The notes beneath the pieces are model-generated. The model saw only the letters and a program-made list of their open reading frames with translations. It did no database searches and was not told the origin of the DNA. Below are positions 19,320 through 28,807 of a DNA stretch of 28,996 bases, in pieces. Origin of the DNA: Candidatus Rifleibacterium amylolyticum (GTDB lineage Bacteria; Muiribacteriota; Ozemobacteria; Ozemobacterales; Ozemobacteraceae); NCBI GenBank assembly GCA_009917695.1, contig JAACJG010000011.1, positions 1-28,996 of the forward strand. The letters run 5' to 3'. Each line of letters begins with the position of its first letter. The first letter of the stretch is position 1. The translations under genes were made by a program, and so were the position numbers.

Positions 19320-20633
19320 CTATCGGTTTGCGGGTGGGGTGACGGTGAAGACGACCTGTGACTGTAATCCCCATTTTTCGACACTCTGTTTGAGCACGTG
19401 GTATTTGCGGGCGTAATACCAGTCGCCGTCGTTGATGACCTTGTTCTGCAACATGGTTTGAATGTTTTTCAGCAGAGGCACCATGGCGAGGCGCTCGGCC
19501 GGGGCCATTTGATCAATCTCTTTCAGTAGAATCTCAAAGAGTTTGAATTTTTCGTTGGTAAACTCGCTGGAAACATTCTTTTCGACTCTGCCTTGAGCAT
19601 CATTCAGAGACTGACGGGCTACTTCATCGCCGGGGTTTTTGACCAACATGTGATGAGCGTCGAGCATGCGCTTTAAATTGCGTTTCAGTGGGAGTTTGGC
19701 GGTAATCTGGTAGACGATGATTTTTGCCACAACCGTCAGAATCTGGCTGCCCATATAGCCGCCAATAACGCTGCCGACACCGGGCGCGAGAACCGAACCA
19801 ACTGCCGCGCCAAGCGAAGCGCCGGTAACACTGACCAGACTTATTGATGCGCTTCTGAAAATCTGCAGAGCGAGAAAACTCAGAAGAGTTCGATCTTTCA
19901 TCGTCTGCTTGAAGATGTTTTTCAGACCCTGATTTTGTGCAGAAGCCTTAATCATGTCGTTAACCAGCCGGGTAAAGGCGACGGCCGAAAAGCTGCGAAA
20001 GGTTTCTGAGATTGCTTTCGACAGCACACCGATATTAAGCTGAGCAAGGAATTCGGTAAGCATGTCGAATGCCGGCGAGAGAGCGCCAGATGCCGCCAGG
20101 TGCGGCGTCTTTTTGAGCAGTTCGTAAGCCATGCGGTCGAGCGAAACAACTACCGAGCAGTTGTAGTTAAAGCTAAGCCCTGAACGGCTTTGCCTGATTT
20201 CAGAAATATAAAGATCGACCGAAATCTCGCTGTTGCTGGTGATTATGTAGCTGTCTTTATCTATGTTCCATGGCAGTTTGCCTTGAAAAAGCGCATTTCC
20301 ACTGAAAGACACAAAGTAGCGTCTGATTCTGGTGTCATAAAAAGAACTGTGCACCTGAACCGACAGGTTGTCTGTCTTATCGATTGCCAGCGCTAGTTTG
20401 CGTACCGTCTTGTCAAGCGCAGCAGCAGTTTTGACTACACTCTTTTCGACAGCTTCCGAGAATTTAACTCGAATCTTCTCGGTCGGCCGCATTTCAGCAG
20501 CATTGACAAAAGGTGCTGCAAGAAGGCTAAAACAGAGTATCAGGCATAGAAAGAGCCTGTTGCCAGGCTTTTTAAGACAAGATGTTATATTCATGCAATA
20601 CCTCTTTTCAAGATCCGCAGAATGCTGCGACAC
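19320..20633 (-). CDS. secreted hypothetical protein with internal glycine-zipper segment
   Basis: 437 aa with a signal peptide after Met14 (MNITSCLKKPGNRLFLCLILCFSLLAAPFVNA) and a glycine-zipper segment GASLGAAVGSVLAPGVGSVIGGYMGS. It has no recognisable enzyme domain and lies 38 nt downstream of the C11 peptidase gene. Confidence 0.5.
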   Translation of the reverse strand: MSQHSADLEKRYCMNITSCLKKPGNRLFLCLILCFSLLAAPFVNAAEMRPTEKIRVKFSEAVEKSVVKTAAALDKTVRKLALAIDKTDNLSVQVHSSFYDTRIRRYFVSFSGNALFQGKLPWNIDKDSYIITSNSEISVDLYISEIRQSRSGLSFNYNCSVVVSLDRMAYELLKKTPHLAASGALSPAFDMLTEFLAQLNIGVLSKAISETFRSFSAVAFTRLVNDMIKASAQNQGLKNIFKQTMKDRTLLSFLALQIFRSASISLVSVTGASLGAAVGSVLAPGVGSVIGGYMGSQILTVVAKIIVYQITAKLPLKRNLKRMLDAHHMLVKNPGDEVARQSLNDAQGRVEKNVSSEFTNEKFKLFEILLKEIDQMAPAERLAMVPLLKNIQTMLQNKVINDGDWYYARKYHVLKQSVEKWGLQSQVVFTVTPPANR

Positions 20634-20671
20634 ACTAATTCAGCCGGGAAGAGAAGCGGGCCTGACGGGGT

Positions 20672-21895
20672 TTACTTGATGCCGAGCTGACGCAGGTCGA
20701 GCATTTCGTCCCATTTGCTGTCGCGCGACATGTCGAGAGCCTTGTAGAATCGGCGATATTTGGTGTAATCAGCCTTTTCTGGCCAGGTGATGCTGATCGT
20801 GCCGCGGCGGGTGACCCTGGCTGCTTCGACTGCATCCATGAGGTCTTTGCCCATCTGCTTGATTACAGCACGGTTGCTGGCACCGTTTAGCTCAGAATTT
20901 TCGCGGTAGAACGCCTCGGCAACCTTGTAGAGGTCCCAATAGTTGGTGCCTTTGCCAAAAGAAGCCTGATTGCGCAGACCAAAGTTCTTAGAAGTTTCTT
21001 CGATGGCATTAAGAAGTTGCATGGCGAGCTGGTTGACTGCAAAAACCAGCTGAGCGGAATTGGCCGTTTTCCAGGCACCGATCAGGCTGCTGTTAAGACG
21101 TTCTGCCATGTCGGTGGCAAATTCAGTCGGTGTGAAAGTTGAATTGCGGCTCATAAAGCGTGCCATCGCGTCGTAATTGAAGCCGCTGATCGGTGTTGTT
21201 TCTGGACTGCCGACCATGAAATCACAGGCATCGCGCAACTGATAGAGCACTTCAACGCTGCCGGGCATGCAGGCGTCGAAAGCCACGAGATCGAATTTTC
21301 CACCATTTTTGTAGCGCTGATTGAAGACTTTCAAGACTTCGGCAACTTCGAAAATCGTCAGGGCGTCTTTGTCGGTGTGGTCGTAAGCTACGAAACGGCC
21401 CGATTTGCGGTCGGGGTTGAAATCTACCTTGCCGGGTTCACCAGCGCTGACAGAGCCTTCGCCCCACCAGGTGAACACACCGCTGCCGTGACTGTTGATT
21501 ACAAGAGCATAATGTTTGGCAGGGTATTTTTCCTGAGCCCATTTAAGGCAATCCCACAGAGTTTGCGGTGAACCCATATTAACTTCGCCGAGCACGCCCT
21601 CGTCGATCAGTTTGCCTTTTTCGACGCGTAGACGGCTGCCGCCCTTGTAGTTGAGCTTCTGCTCATCTGATGAACCGCTCGACATTCCGTCGATCTGCAC
21701 CAGCAGCTTGTGATTCTCGCCTGAACCATAATTCTTGAGATAGCCGAGATTGCGAAAATTGGCATTTTCAAGAACCGTATCCTTGTCATCGTTTACCATA
21801 TAGACGATGACAGTCCATTCATTTATGGCCATAACGCTTGTTGGCTGAGCAAAAAGGGAACAAAGGGCAATCAGAACCGCAAAGATTTTTTTCAT
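20672..21895 (-). CDS. secreted clostripain-like cysteine peptidase, family C11
   Basis: 407 aa with a signal peptide (MKKIFAVLIALCSLFAQPTSVMA), the N-terminal WTVIVYMVNDD, a catalytic His in ALVINSHGSG and a catalytic Cys in LVAFDACMPGS. Confidence 0.75.
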   Translation of the reverse strand: MKKIFAVLIALCSLFAQPTSVMAINEWTVIVYMVNDDKDTVLENANFRNLGYLKNYGSGENHKLLVQIDGMSSGSSDEQKLNYKGGSRLRVEKGKLIDEGVLGEVNMGSPQTLWDCLKWAQEKYPAKHYALVINSHGSGVFTWWGEGSVSAGEPGKVDFNPDRKSGRFVAYDHTDKDALTIFEVAEVLKVFNQRYKNGGKFDLVAFDACMPGSVEVLYQLRDACDFMVGSPETTPISGFNYDAMARFMSRNSTFTPTEFATDMAERLNSSLIGAWKTANSAQLVFAVNQLAMQLLNAIEETSKNFGLRNQASFGKGTNYWDLYKVAEAFYRENSELNGASNRAVIKQMGKDLMDAVEAARVTRRGTISITWPEKADYTKYRRFYKALDMSRDSKWDEMLDLRQLGIK

Positions 21896-21994
21896 AAATC
21901 ACCTGATATCTTCAATATTGCGAATCTAAATGATACCCGAATTTCCCCGACATGACAATGCTGGCAAAAATCTTGCAAATTGCGCAATTGACTA

Positions 21995-22032
21995 TGATAA
22001 AACTGCCGGCAGCTTGTAAGCCACCGGCAGTT
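21995..22032 (-). terminator. rho-independent terminator downstream of thrC
   Basis: Stem AACTGCCGG / CCGGCAGTT (22001-22009 and 22024-22032), followed on the - strand by TTTTAT. Confidence 0.5.
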
Positions 22033-22048
22033 GTTTAACAAAGACAGA

Positions 22049-23275
22049 TCAGATAAGAGTTTTTACGTGGGCTTCGATGGTGGCGGAGTCTGGCGCTACG
22101 GGAGCCGGCATGGTGCATACAGATATTGCCGATTCGATGTCTTTGAGGCCGTTACCGGTAATAAGCACGACAACCTTTTCGGAAACGCCGATATCTTTTG
22201 CCAGGGCATGTTTCTTGAATCCCGCAAAAGCGGTGACGCCAGCTGGTTCGCCGAATACGCCGGTTGCCCGCGGCATTTCGAGCAGAGCTGAGCGGATTTC
22301 ATCGTCGGTAACTGATATGCAGTCGCCGTTTGAATTCTTAAGGGCACGCATGGCTTTGAGTCGGTTGCGCGGAATGCCGACCGCGATTGAATCGGCAATA
22401 GTGTTGCCATCCTGCGCAACGAATTCGCCGGTTTTAAGTGCAACTTCGACCGGATTGCAACCAGCCGCCTGCACGCCGATTATGCGAGGCATGCGATCGG
22501 TCAGGCCAAGCTGCATGAGGTCGTAGAAGCCTTTGTAGATGCCAGAAGTAATGCAGCCATCGCCGATCGAAACATACACCCGGTCGGGCAGATCAAAGCC
22601 CATCTGTTCCCACATTTCGTAGGCGACGGTTTTTTTTCCTTCGACCAGAAACGGGTTGTAGGCGCAATTTCGGTTGTAGAGCCCGAACTTTTTCGTAATT
22701 TCAACCGATAGTTCGAATGCACGGTCATAAGTGTCATCGACGATAACCGTTTTGGCGCCATACACCAGCAGCTGGGCAACTTTTGCTCTTGGAGCACGCT
22801 TGGGCACGAATATTACGGTTTTAAGGCCGGCCGAGGCGGCAAAACCGGCGAGTGAACTGGCGGCATTTCCGGTCGAGGCCGCGCAGATTGTTTTTGCGCC
22901 AGCTTCGCGGGCTTTGGCTACGCCGACAGCGCTGGCACGGTCTTTGAGAGAGGCAGTCGGATTGCGGCCATCATCTTTGATAAAAACCTTATCGAGGCCG
23001 AGCTGGCTTTCAACAGTGTGGGCGCGGTAAAGTGGCGTCCAGCCGACCTGAAGTGGCGGAATTTCAGTCGTATCTGCCAGCGGCAGCATCTTGCGATAGC
23101 GCCAGAGCGAATAGTTCTTGGAGGCAGCGATTTCTTCGCGGCTGACCTTAATTGAGCTGTAATCGTAGACTATGTCGAGAATACCGTCGATGCCGCAATC
23201 GTCGCAGACGTAGCGATCGGCCGCTTCTGGGTACTCTTTTTCGCATTTCATGCACTTCATGGTAAGAACTTTCAT
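22049..23275 (-). CDS. thrC: threonine synthase (PLP fold type II) with N-terminal zinc-ribbon, archaeal/Thermotoga-type
   Basis: 408 aa. The N-terminal Zn-ribbon has four Cys (CMKCEKEY...CDDCG). PLP-lysine motif FIKDDGRNPTASLKDRA. SD GGAGTG with an ATG start. Confidence 0.75.
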   Translation of the reverse strand: MKVLTMKCMKCEKEYPEAADRYVCDDCGIDGILDIVYDYSSIKVSREEIAASKNYSLWRYRKMLPLADTTEIPPLQVGWTPLYRAHTVESQLGLDKVFIKDDGRNPTASLKDRASAVGVAKAREAGAKTICAASTGNAASSLAGFAASAGLKTVIFVPKRAPRAKVAQLLVYGAKTVIVDDTYDRAFELSVEITKKFGLYNRNCAYNPFLVEGKKTVAYEMWEQMGFDLPDRVYVSIGDGCITSGIYKGFYDLMQLGLTDRMPRIIGVQAAGCNPVEVALKTGEFVAQDGNTIADSIAVGIPRNRLKAMRALKNSNGDCISVTDDEIRSALLEMPRATGVFGEPAGVTAFAGFKKHALAKDIGVSEKVVVLITGNGLKDIESAISVCTMPAPVAPDSATIEAHVKTLI

Positions 23276-23421
23276 TTTTTCACTCCATGTTTTTGATTTG
23301 CTTAATCAGGCGGATTATATAACGCAAACATATTTTTTTGCCAGAAAAACAGCTTTTTTTCGCTGCACTCTTTACACATCAGTTAATTATTCTTATTATT
23401 TAACAATACGGAGGTGGCTTA

Positions 23422-24873
23422 ATGAAATTTAAACCAGTTTGTTTATTGTCTGCAATAGCTGTATCCATCTGTTTAAGCGTTTCTCCAGTGCAGGCCGGCG
23501 AAAAGCCGAATGTGCTGATCATCGATTCAGGCAGTGATTTTACCCATAATGTGCTCAAACCATTTGCTCTTGCCAATGAAGCTGAGGCAAAAGGTAAAGC
23601 CGGTGTTGACGACGATGGTAACGGTTATGTCGACGATGTATATGGCTGGAATTTCGTAAATAACAGCAAGGAACTGGTTAATCTCAAGGACACACCTCCC
23701 GAATACGACAAGGTTCTGCGCTGCATGGAACTGCTCGGCAAATTACAGGCTTATGGCCAGGCCGGTATGGAACCGGAAGAATTCGAATTTCTCAAAACCC
23801 AATACCAGAACCAGAAGTTCTGGGCCTGGGTCGGTTTTACCGGTGGCTGGGCGCATGGCACCCACTGTGCTGGTATCGCCTCGACCAAAAACAGCAACGT
23901 TAATCTTAACGCCATTTCGCATATCCCGACCGGCAACAGCCCGCAAAAAGAAGCTGCAGAAGCTCTTGCCCAGGTTAAGCACATGATAGCTCACAAGATG
24001 AGCCGAAGAACAAGCCGCACCGATGAAGCTCCGAAAAAGGTGACCATGGAAGAGCTGGACCAGTATTTTACTCAGCTTGGCCAGCAATATGCCGCCCAGG
24101 TCAAAGAAAAGGCCGACTACATCGGTTCGCTCAAGCCGCGAGTGATCAACTGTTCTTTTGGCGCGCCGAATGAAGCGCTTGTCGATATGATGAGCAAGAA
24201 CATGGTGCAGTGGGGCTGGACAAATCCGACCGCCGCCGAAGTTCAGGAAGTCGTCAACCTGTTTGTCACCAAAGCTTTTCTGACCAGAGATAAGGCAATG
24301 TTTGCCAAAGCGCCGAACGCGCTGGTCGTTATTGCTTCTGGTAACTCATCAGAAGATCTCGATCCGTTCGTTTCTTCTCCCAATGATGTTCCGATCGAGA
24401 ACAAGCTGGTAATCGCCGCCACCGACGAAGATCAGAAACTTGCTCCGTTCTCATGCTACGGCAAAAAAGTGGTTGATGTAGCTGTACCTGGCGTAAACAT
24501 CTATGCTACCTACCCAAACCAGAAGATGGGTTATATGTCGGGCACTTCGATGGCCTGCCCGCTGGCCGTGAACTATGCCGCTCAGGTCATCTACGTAAAT
24601 CCCGATCTGACTGCCGTTCAGGTTAAGAAGATCCTCATGGAAACCGTCGATAAAAAAGACTGGTTGACCGACAAGGTTAAATCAGGCGGCGTCATCAACG
24701 TCACCCGCGCGGTGCATGCCGCTCAGCTGGTTAAAGAGGGTAAAACTCTTGCCCAGGCAATCAGCGCTGCCCGAAAAGACGTTTCTGACAAGGTTCATCG
24801 CTCAGCCAAGAGAACTCGACCTGACCTCAGTGACCCGATGGTTAAGGCGCTCTACTTCTCTGTTCTTCAGTAA
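23422..24873 (+). CDS. secreted subtilisin-like serine peptidase, family S8
   Basis: Signal peptide MKFKPVCLLSAIAVSICLSVSPVQA. Catalytic triad motifs are present: Asp (VLIIDSGSD), His (HGTHCAGIA) and Ser (GTSMACP). Ca-loop DDDGNGYVDDVYGWNF. SD GGAGGTG. Confidence 0.85.
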   Translation: MKFKPVCLLSAIAVSICLSVSPVQAGEKPNVLIIDSGSDFTHNVLKPFALANEAEAKGKAGVDDDGNGYVDDVYGWNFVNNSKELVNLKDTPPEYDKVLRCMELLGKLQAYGQAGMEPEEFEFLKTQYQNQKFWAWVGFTGGWAHGTHCAGIASTKNSNVNLNAISHIPTGNSPQKEAAEALAQVKHMIAHKMSRRTSRTDEAPKKVTMEELDQYFTQLGQQYAAQVKEKADYIGSLKPRVINCSFGAPNEALVDMMSKNMVQWGWTNPTAAEVQEVVNLFVTKAFLTRDKAMFAKAPNALVVIASGNSSEDLDPFVSSPNDVPIENKLVIAATDEDQKLAPFSCYGKKVVDVAVPGVNIYATYPNQKMGYMSGTSMACPLAVNYAAQVIYVNPDLTAVQVKKILMETVDKKDWLTDKVKSGGVINVTRAVHAAQLVKEGKTLAQAISAARKDVSDKVHRSAKRTRPDLSDPMVKALYFSVLQ

Positions 24874-24893
24874 CTTCAGGTTATTCAGAAAGA

Positions 24894-24925
24894 GCTCCCG
24901 GGTATACGCCCGGGAGCCTTTTTTA
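24894..24925 (+). terminator. rho-independent terminator after S8 peptidase gene
   Basis: Stem GCTCCCGGG / CCCGGGAGC with a tatacg loop, followed by CTTTTTTAT. Confidence 0.7.
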
Positions 24926-24943
24926 TGTAATCTTTGCGGCTAC

Positions 24944-25459
24944 CTAGTGTTTTAACACTATTGACAGTGCGGTGGTAAGTTTAAGCACGTCTTTGTTGGC
25001 TTTGCGCAGGCGCTTGCTGATAAGAGCGGCGAGGTTTTTCATGGCAATTACGCCAGCCTGTTGATTTTGGAAGCAGAATTCAATGAAACGATCACGTTGT
25101 ATCTTCCAGGTAAGGCAGTCGCTGAGAGCACGGACAGTCGCCGTGCGCGGCGAACTTTCGAGCAGTGCCATCTCACCGAAAACTGGCAGGGTATCAGCGT
25201 CAAGAACAATAAGTGTTTTGTCCTTTTCTTCAAAGTCCTGTTCTTCGCTGCGCATTACCAGTGTCTGACAAATCTCGACGCGACCGGATGCGAGAACAAG
25301 CATTTCGTCACCGGTTTCGCCTTCTTTGAATATTGTTTCGCCAGCTTTAAAGTGCCTGGTTTCCATGTATCTGGCAGCTGCGTTAAGCATGTCCGGGTCG
25401 AGCCCGTTGAAAAGGCATACCCCAGCGAGCATTTCGATGTTGATCGGAATATCTGTCAT
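24944..25459 (-). CDS. stand-alone cyclic-nucleotide-binding (cNMP/CAP-type) domain protein
   Basis: 171 aa with cNMP-binding signatures (FGEMALL....RTATVRA) and a preceding β-roll (FKAGETIFKEGETGDEMLVLASGRV). It has no HTH DNA-binding domain and lies 27 nt downstream of the K+ channel gene. Confidence 0.8.
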   Translation of the reverse strand: MTDIPINIEMLAGVCLFNGLDPDMLNAAARYMETRHFKAGETIFKEGETGDEMLVLASGRVEICQTLVMRSEEQDFEEKDKTLIVLDADTLPVFGEMALLESSPRTATVRALSDCLTWKIQRDRFIEFCFQNQQAGVIAMKNLAALISKRLRKANKDVLKLTTALSIVLKH

Positions 25460-25486
25460 ATTATTGCTTCACCGATTCTGCCGAAG

Positions 25487-26692
25487 TCAGACTGCTGTTG
25501 GGCTACAGCCTGCAATTATTATAGCCACATCATCTTTTTTGATCATATAATCGCGCCCGGGATTCATCAAAAGCCGCGACGTCGGCTTGCCTTCGGTCAG
25601 ATAGTTTTCCTTTGATTCCTTAAGTTTTTCGCGGATAAAGACGTCGATGGCAGAGCCGTCAGCCAGCATGCTTTCGAGGCTGAAGCCCTTTTCATGTCTG
25701 AAGACACCTACCAGAACAGAAGAGTGCTCGACAAGAAACTTGCCCATTGCCTGTTCGAAGCTCATGCCTACCATTTCAGATGGAAATATTCTTGACGCCA
25801 GCTTAACCTTGCTGTCGGTATCGCTGAGGGTCTTGATCACCATCGGCAACTCAGGCGAGCTGGTCCCTCTGGCCAGCATGAACCCGCTCATTCCGCCCTG
25901 CACGACAATCTCGTCGGCACCTGCGCGGCGCACATGATCGACCTTTTCCTCATCGACTATTTCGGCGCAGATGCGTATTTTAGGCTTGAGATCCTTGATT
26001 GTGAGAGTCGTTAAAATTGTTCTGTCATCGACAAGTGATCCGGTTGGAATGTCGCCAAAGGTGTCGGCGAGAATGATTACCGAAGAGGCGCTGGTAACGC
26101 CGGCCCGTCGCAGAATGGCTTCTTTTGAGTAATCGCCTCTGACAAAGCGTAATTCAAGTTTTCCAGCATAATTCTCTTTAAGGGCGGCAAAGTCTTCTTC
26201 ATCCATGTTGTTGACGAGAACAACTTCGTCAGTTGCGGCATTTTGTGCCAGTTCTTCGAGAACCCGGTTGAGATTGCGGTTGATTCCGCAGATGACCAGA
26301 TGATTGTTTAATAACACGGTTTCCAGGCCTTTCCCTTCTCTGAGGCTTCTTTCGACCATCAATGATGCCATGGTCGCTGTGAAAGCGCTCATAATGATTA
26401 CTCCACCCATTATCACCAGTGTTCCGAGAAATTTTCCTTCAGGGGTAACCGGGTAGGTGTCGCCATAGCCAACAGTGGCAACGGTAACCAGCGCCCACCA
26501 GAATCCATCGGCAAGGGCATAAAGCCAGGGCTTGCCATCGTTCTCGAACCATGCAAAGCCAAGTCCAGACAACAACATGAAAACAAAGGCAATGATCGCC
26601 AGGCGCACTACCGTAACATCGCCAAGCATGCGACGAAATCGCCCGATCTCGGGTACCAGGTTAAAAATATGCCTTATCTCGCTGCGCTTCAT
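25487..26692 (-). CDS. 2TM potassium channel with cytoplasmic RCK (TrkA_N/TrkA_C) gating domains, MthK/Kch-like
   Basis: Two TM helices flank a pore helix with the selectivity filter TVGYGD. The RCK Rossmann domain follows with HLVICGINRNLNRV. Confidence 0.85.
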   Translation of the reverse strand: MKRSEIRHIFNLVPEIGRFRRMLGDVTVVRLAIIAFVFMLLSGLGFAWFENDGKPWLYALADGFWWALVTVATVGYGDTYPVTPEGKFLGTLVIMGGVIIMSAFTATMASLMVERSLREGKGLETVLLNNHLVICGINRNLNRVLEELAQNAATDEVVLVNNMDEEDFAALKENYAGKLELRFVRGDYSKEAILRRAGVTSASSVIILADTFGDIPTGSLVDDRTILTTLTIKDLKPKIRICAEIVDEEKVDHVRRAGADEIVVQGGMSGFMLARGTSSPELPMVIKTLSDTDSKVKLASRIFPSEMVGMSFEQAMGKFLVEHSSVLVGVFRHEKGFSLESMLADGSAIDVFIREKLKESKENYLTEGKPTSRLLMNPGRDYMIKKDDVAIIIAGCSPTAV

Positions 26693-26759
26693 TATTGCCT
26701 GTAGATCTCCTGATTCTGACCGGTCGAATTATATCATATTCTTGTCTTTTTACAGGTTA

Positions 26760-28277
26760 TTAGTTTGTCATATCAGGCCTGGTATCGTTGTGGGTATTGC
26801 CTGTGCAATCGGCGACATCGGGGTTGGGGATTCTGGCCAGATCATCGACCAGGTAGTCCGCCACAATATCTGAGAGCAGCCTGGCTTTACCGTTGTGAAA
26901 AAGAGTAACAGAGCCGCAACGGCTGATTTCCTGAGTAACGTTGCCAGCGCTCGGGTGATAGCGAAATTTAGCCACAGTTGCGTCTTCGAGCCTTACTGAA
27001 TAATCGTATTGCTTGCCGCTGGCGAGTCTCCAGACAATTTTGTGGTGTCCCGGTTTAACTCCTCGAAGCTGCAGAGGGCAGCGGCCAACAGGTCTGCCGT
27101 TGAGCGTAGCCTGAGCCTCGGGTTCGTCACATTTGAGCAAAAGCTCAACCCCAAGTAAAAACTCATCTGGATTCTGCTTGTATTCCGGCATTGTGTGAAG
27201 TTTTTCCAGACAAAGATCGACCTGTTTTTCGAAATAGCCGGCATGAAAGGCTTGAGCCAGCACGTAGACCACCATTGCTGAATCAGGTGCAAGCCAGTAA
27301 GCGCGACTGAGACAGGCCAGTGCCTGAGGAATGTTAAATTTTGCCAGAAAAATATTGCCGAGCATGCCGCAGGCAAAAGCATCGCCAGGTGTCAGTTCGA
27401 TGCGCCTTTTCGCTAGTTTGAGCGCCTCATCTGTACCCTGAGTTTTCCAGACTTCTGATATTGCTGCAAGTTCCAGCTCCGGAGGAATTGTCGGCAGGTC
27501 GCTGCGCCGCAGCCGTGGGGCGACGGGCTGTTTTAACTCAGCGGCCAGGTTTCCGCACAGAGGCGAGAAGACATCGATTGTGAGTGCCGCCCAGCCAGAA
27601 TAATCATTCTCATAAAGTATGCGGGCAGTCGTGGTTGCGAAGTAATGAAAAAATTCTTCGCGGCTTGAGAACAAGCCAAGAGCGCTCATCAGCATTTCAC
27701 CGTATTGAATGCGATCTTCTGGATCCAGCGATAGAAGTTCAGCAGCAACCGCAAGGCCATAGAAGCGGTCAGAATCGTATTCCCAGTTTGATTCAAAAAA
27801 ATCAGCGATGAAAAATGACTGATTTCTGCGGTAAAAATTTAGCTGTTTTTCTGTTAAATCAGGCAAGTCTGGCATGATTACTCTGCCTGAGACTTTTTCT
27901 TCGCGATTTTTGCCATGAAGAATGATTGTCTGTAAACGCATGCCAGCTTGAGCAAGTTCTGGATCGCCGCCATCTATCATATCTTCGGCGATATAGTCGA
28001 GCATAAAATAGTTGGCCAGAGCGGGAACCAGAACAATCAGGTGACCGATCATGCTGGCAAATTTAAGATAAAATTCTTTTCTTTCGATAATTTCGCTTTC
28101 GCCCATGCCGCATGCCATGAACAAAGACTGTAGTTCATCGCCATGCTGGTGCCAGAGCGCGAACCGGCAGGCCTGTAACAATGCATTCTGGCCCTCCGGC
28201 GACAGCGGCACACGCTCAAAACGGCACAGATTAACAAATTCAGGCAAATTGTCGCGATACATCAAGCCCTCCGACAT
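26760..28277 (-). CDS. hypothetical TPR-like repeat protein with C-terminal PEGA domain
   Basis: 505 aa. The central region is helical and repeat-like (AYWLAPDSAMVVYVLAQAF...). The C-terminus has the PEGA pattern (ATLNGRPVGRCPLQLRGVKPGHHKIVWRLASGKQY). Confidence 0.5.
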   Translation of the reverse strand: MSEGLMYRDNLPEFVNLCRFERVPLSPEGQNALLQACRFALWHQHGDELQSLFMACGMGESEIIERKEFYLKFASMIGHLIVLVPALANYFMLDYIAEDMIDGGDPELAQAGMRLQTIILHGKNREEKVSGRVIMPDLPDLTEKQLNFYRRNQSFFIADFFESNWEYDSDRFYGLAVAAELLSLDPEDRIQYGEMLMSALGLFSSREEFFHYFATTTARILYENDYSGWAALTIDVFSPLCGNLAAELKQPVAPRLRRSDLPTIPPELELAAISEVWKTQGTDEALKLAKRRIELTPGDAFACGMLGNIFLAKFNIPQALACLSRAYWLAPDSAMVVYVLAQAFHAGYFEKQVDLCLEKLHTMPEYKQNPDEFLLGVELLLKCDEPEAQATLNGRPVGRCPLQLRGVKPGHHKIVWRLASGKQYDYSVRLEDATVAKFRYHPSAGNVTQEISRCGSVTLFHNGKARLLSDIVADYLVDDLARIPNPDVADCTGNTHNDTRPDMTN

Positions 28278-28312
28278 TTTACATAGTGATATGTATTAAG
28301 AACTCAAATGAG

Positions 28313-28807
28313 TCAAGGCGTTTCTTCTGCGGGTAAATGTTGCAGCGCTGTTTCGATTTTGGCTTTTTCAAAAGGAACTGACAGCACGCGGTTCCAGCCA
28401 TCGTATTCTACTCTCAGAAACAGTGTTTTGCCTGAAAGATAGCAGCCGTAGCTTCTCCCGGGTGAACCTGGCTGATTGGGTTCCAGCCAGAATACAATAT
28501 CGTAACCATCAGTCACTGCGTTATAACATATGTGTTGATACAGGATAACAATGGGATTTCGCGATGGCGAAGCTGTCTTCTCAATCAACTCCTTGAGCTT
28601 AAGTGCATAAAATCCGTCATAACCTTTCTGATCCGCTGTTGGCAGACCATACACCCTGACGACGTAGTTCGAGTCGATACCTGTCAGCTCTATGGCGCCA
28701 GCGTTCCAGATTACCGGCAGCAGTAATACAACTCCAAGCACCAATAAGAAGAGGATTCGGCCAGTAAGATTTTCGCCACCTTGTGCCATGCGTTCAGCCC
28801 TTTTCAT
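28313..28807 (-). CDS. hypothetical membrane-anchored protein (N-terminal signal anchor)
   Basis: 164 aa with a hydrophobic helix ILFLLVLGVVLLLPVIW near the N-terminus. The second ATG (28789) has the better SD. Sits 35 nt upstream of the TPR-PEGA gene on the same strand. Confidence 0.45.
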   Translation of the reverse strand: MKRAERMAQGGENLTGRILFLLVLGVVLLLPVIWNAGAIELTGIDSNYVVRVYGLPTADQKGYDGFYALKLKELIEKTASPSRNPIVILYQHICYNAVTDGYDIVFWLEPNQPGSPGRSYGCYLSGKTLFLRVEYDGWNRVLSVPFEKAKIETALQHLPAEETP

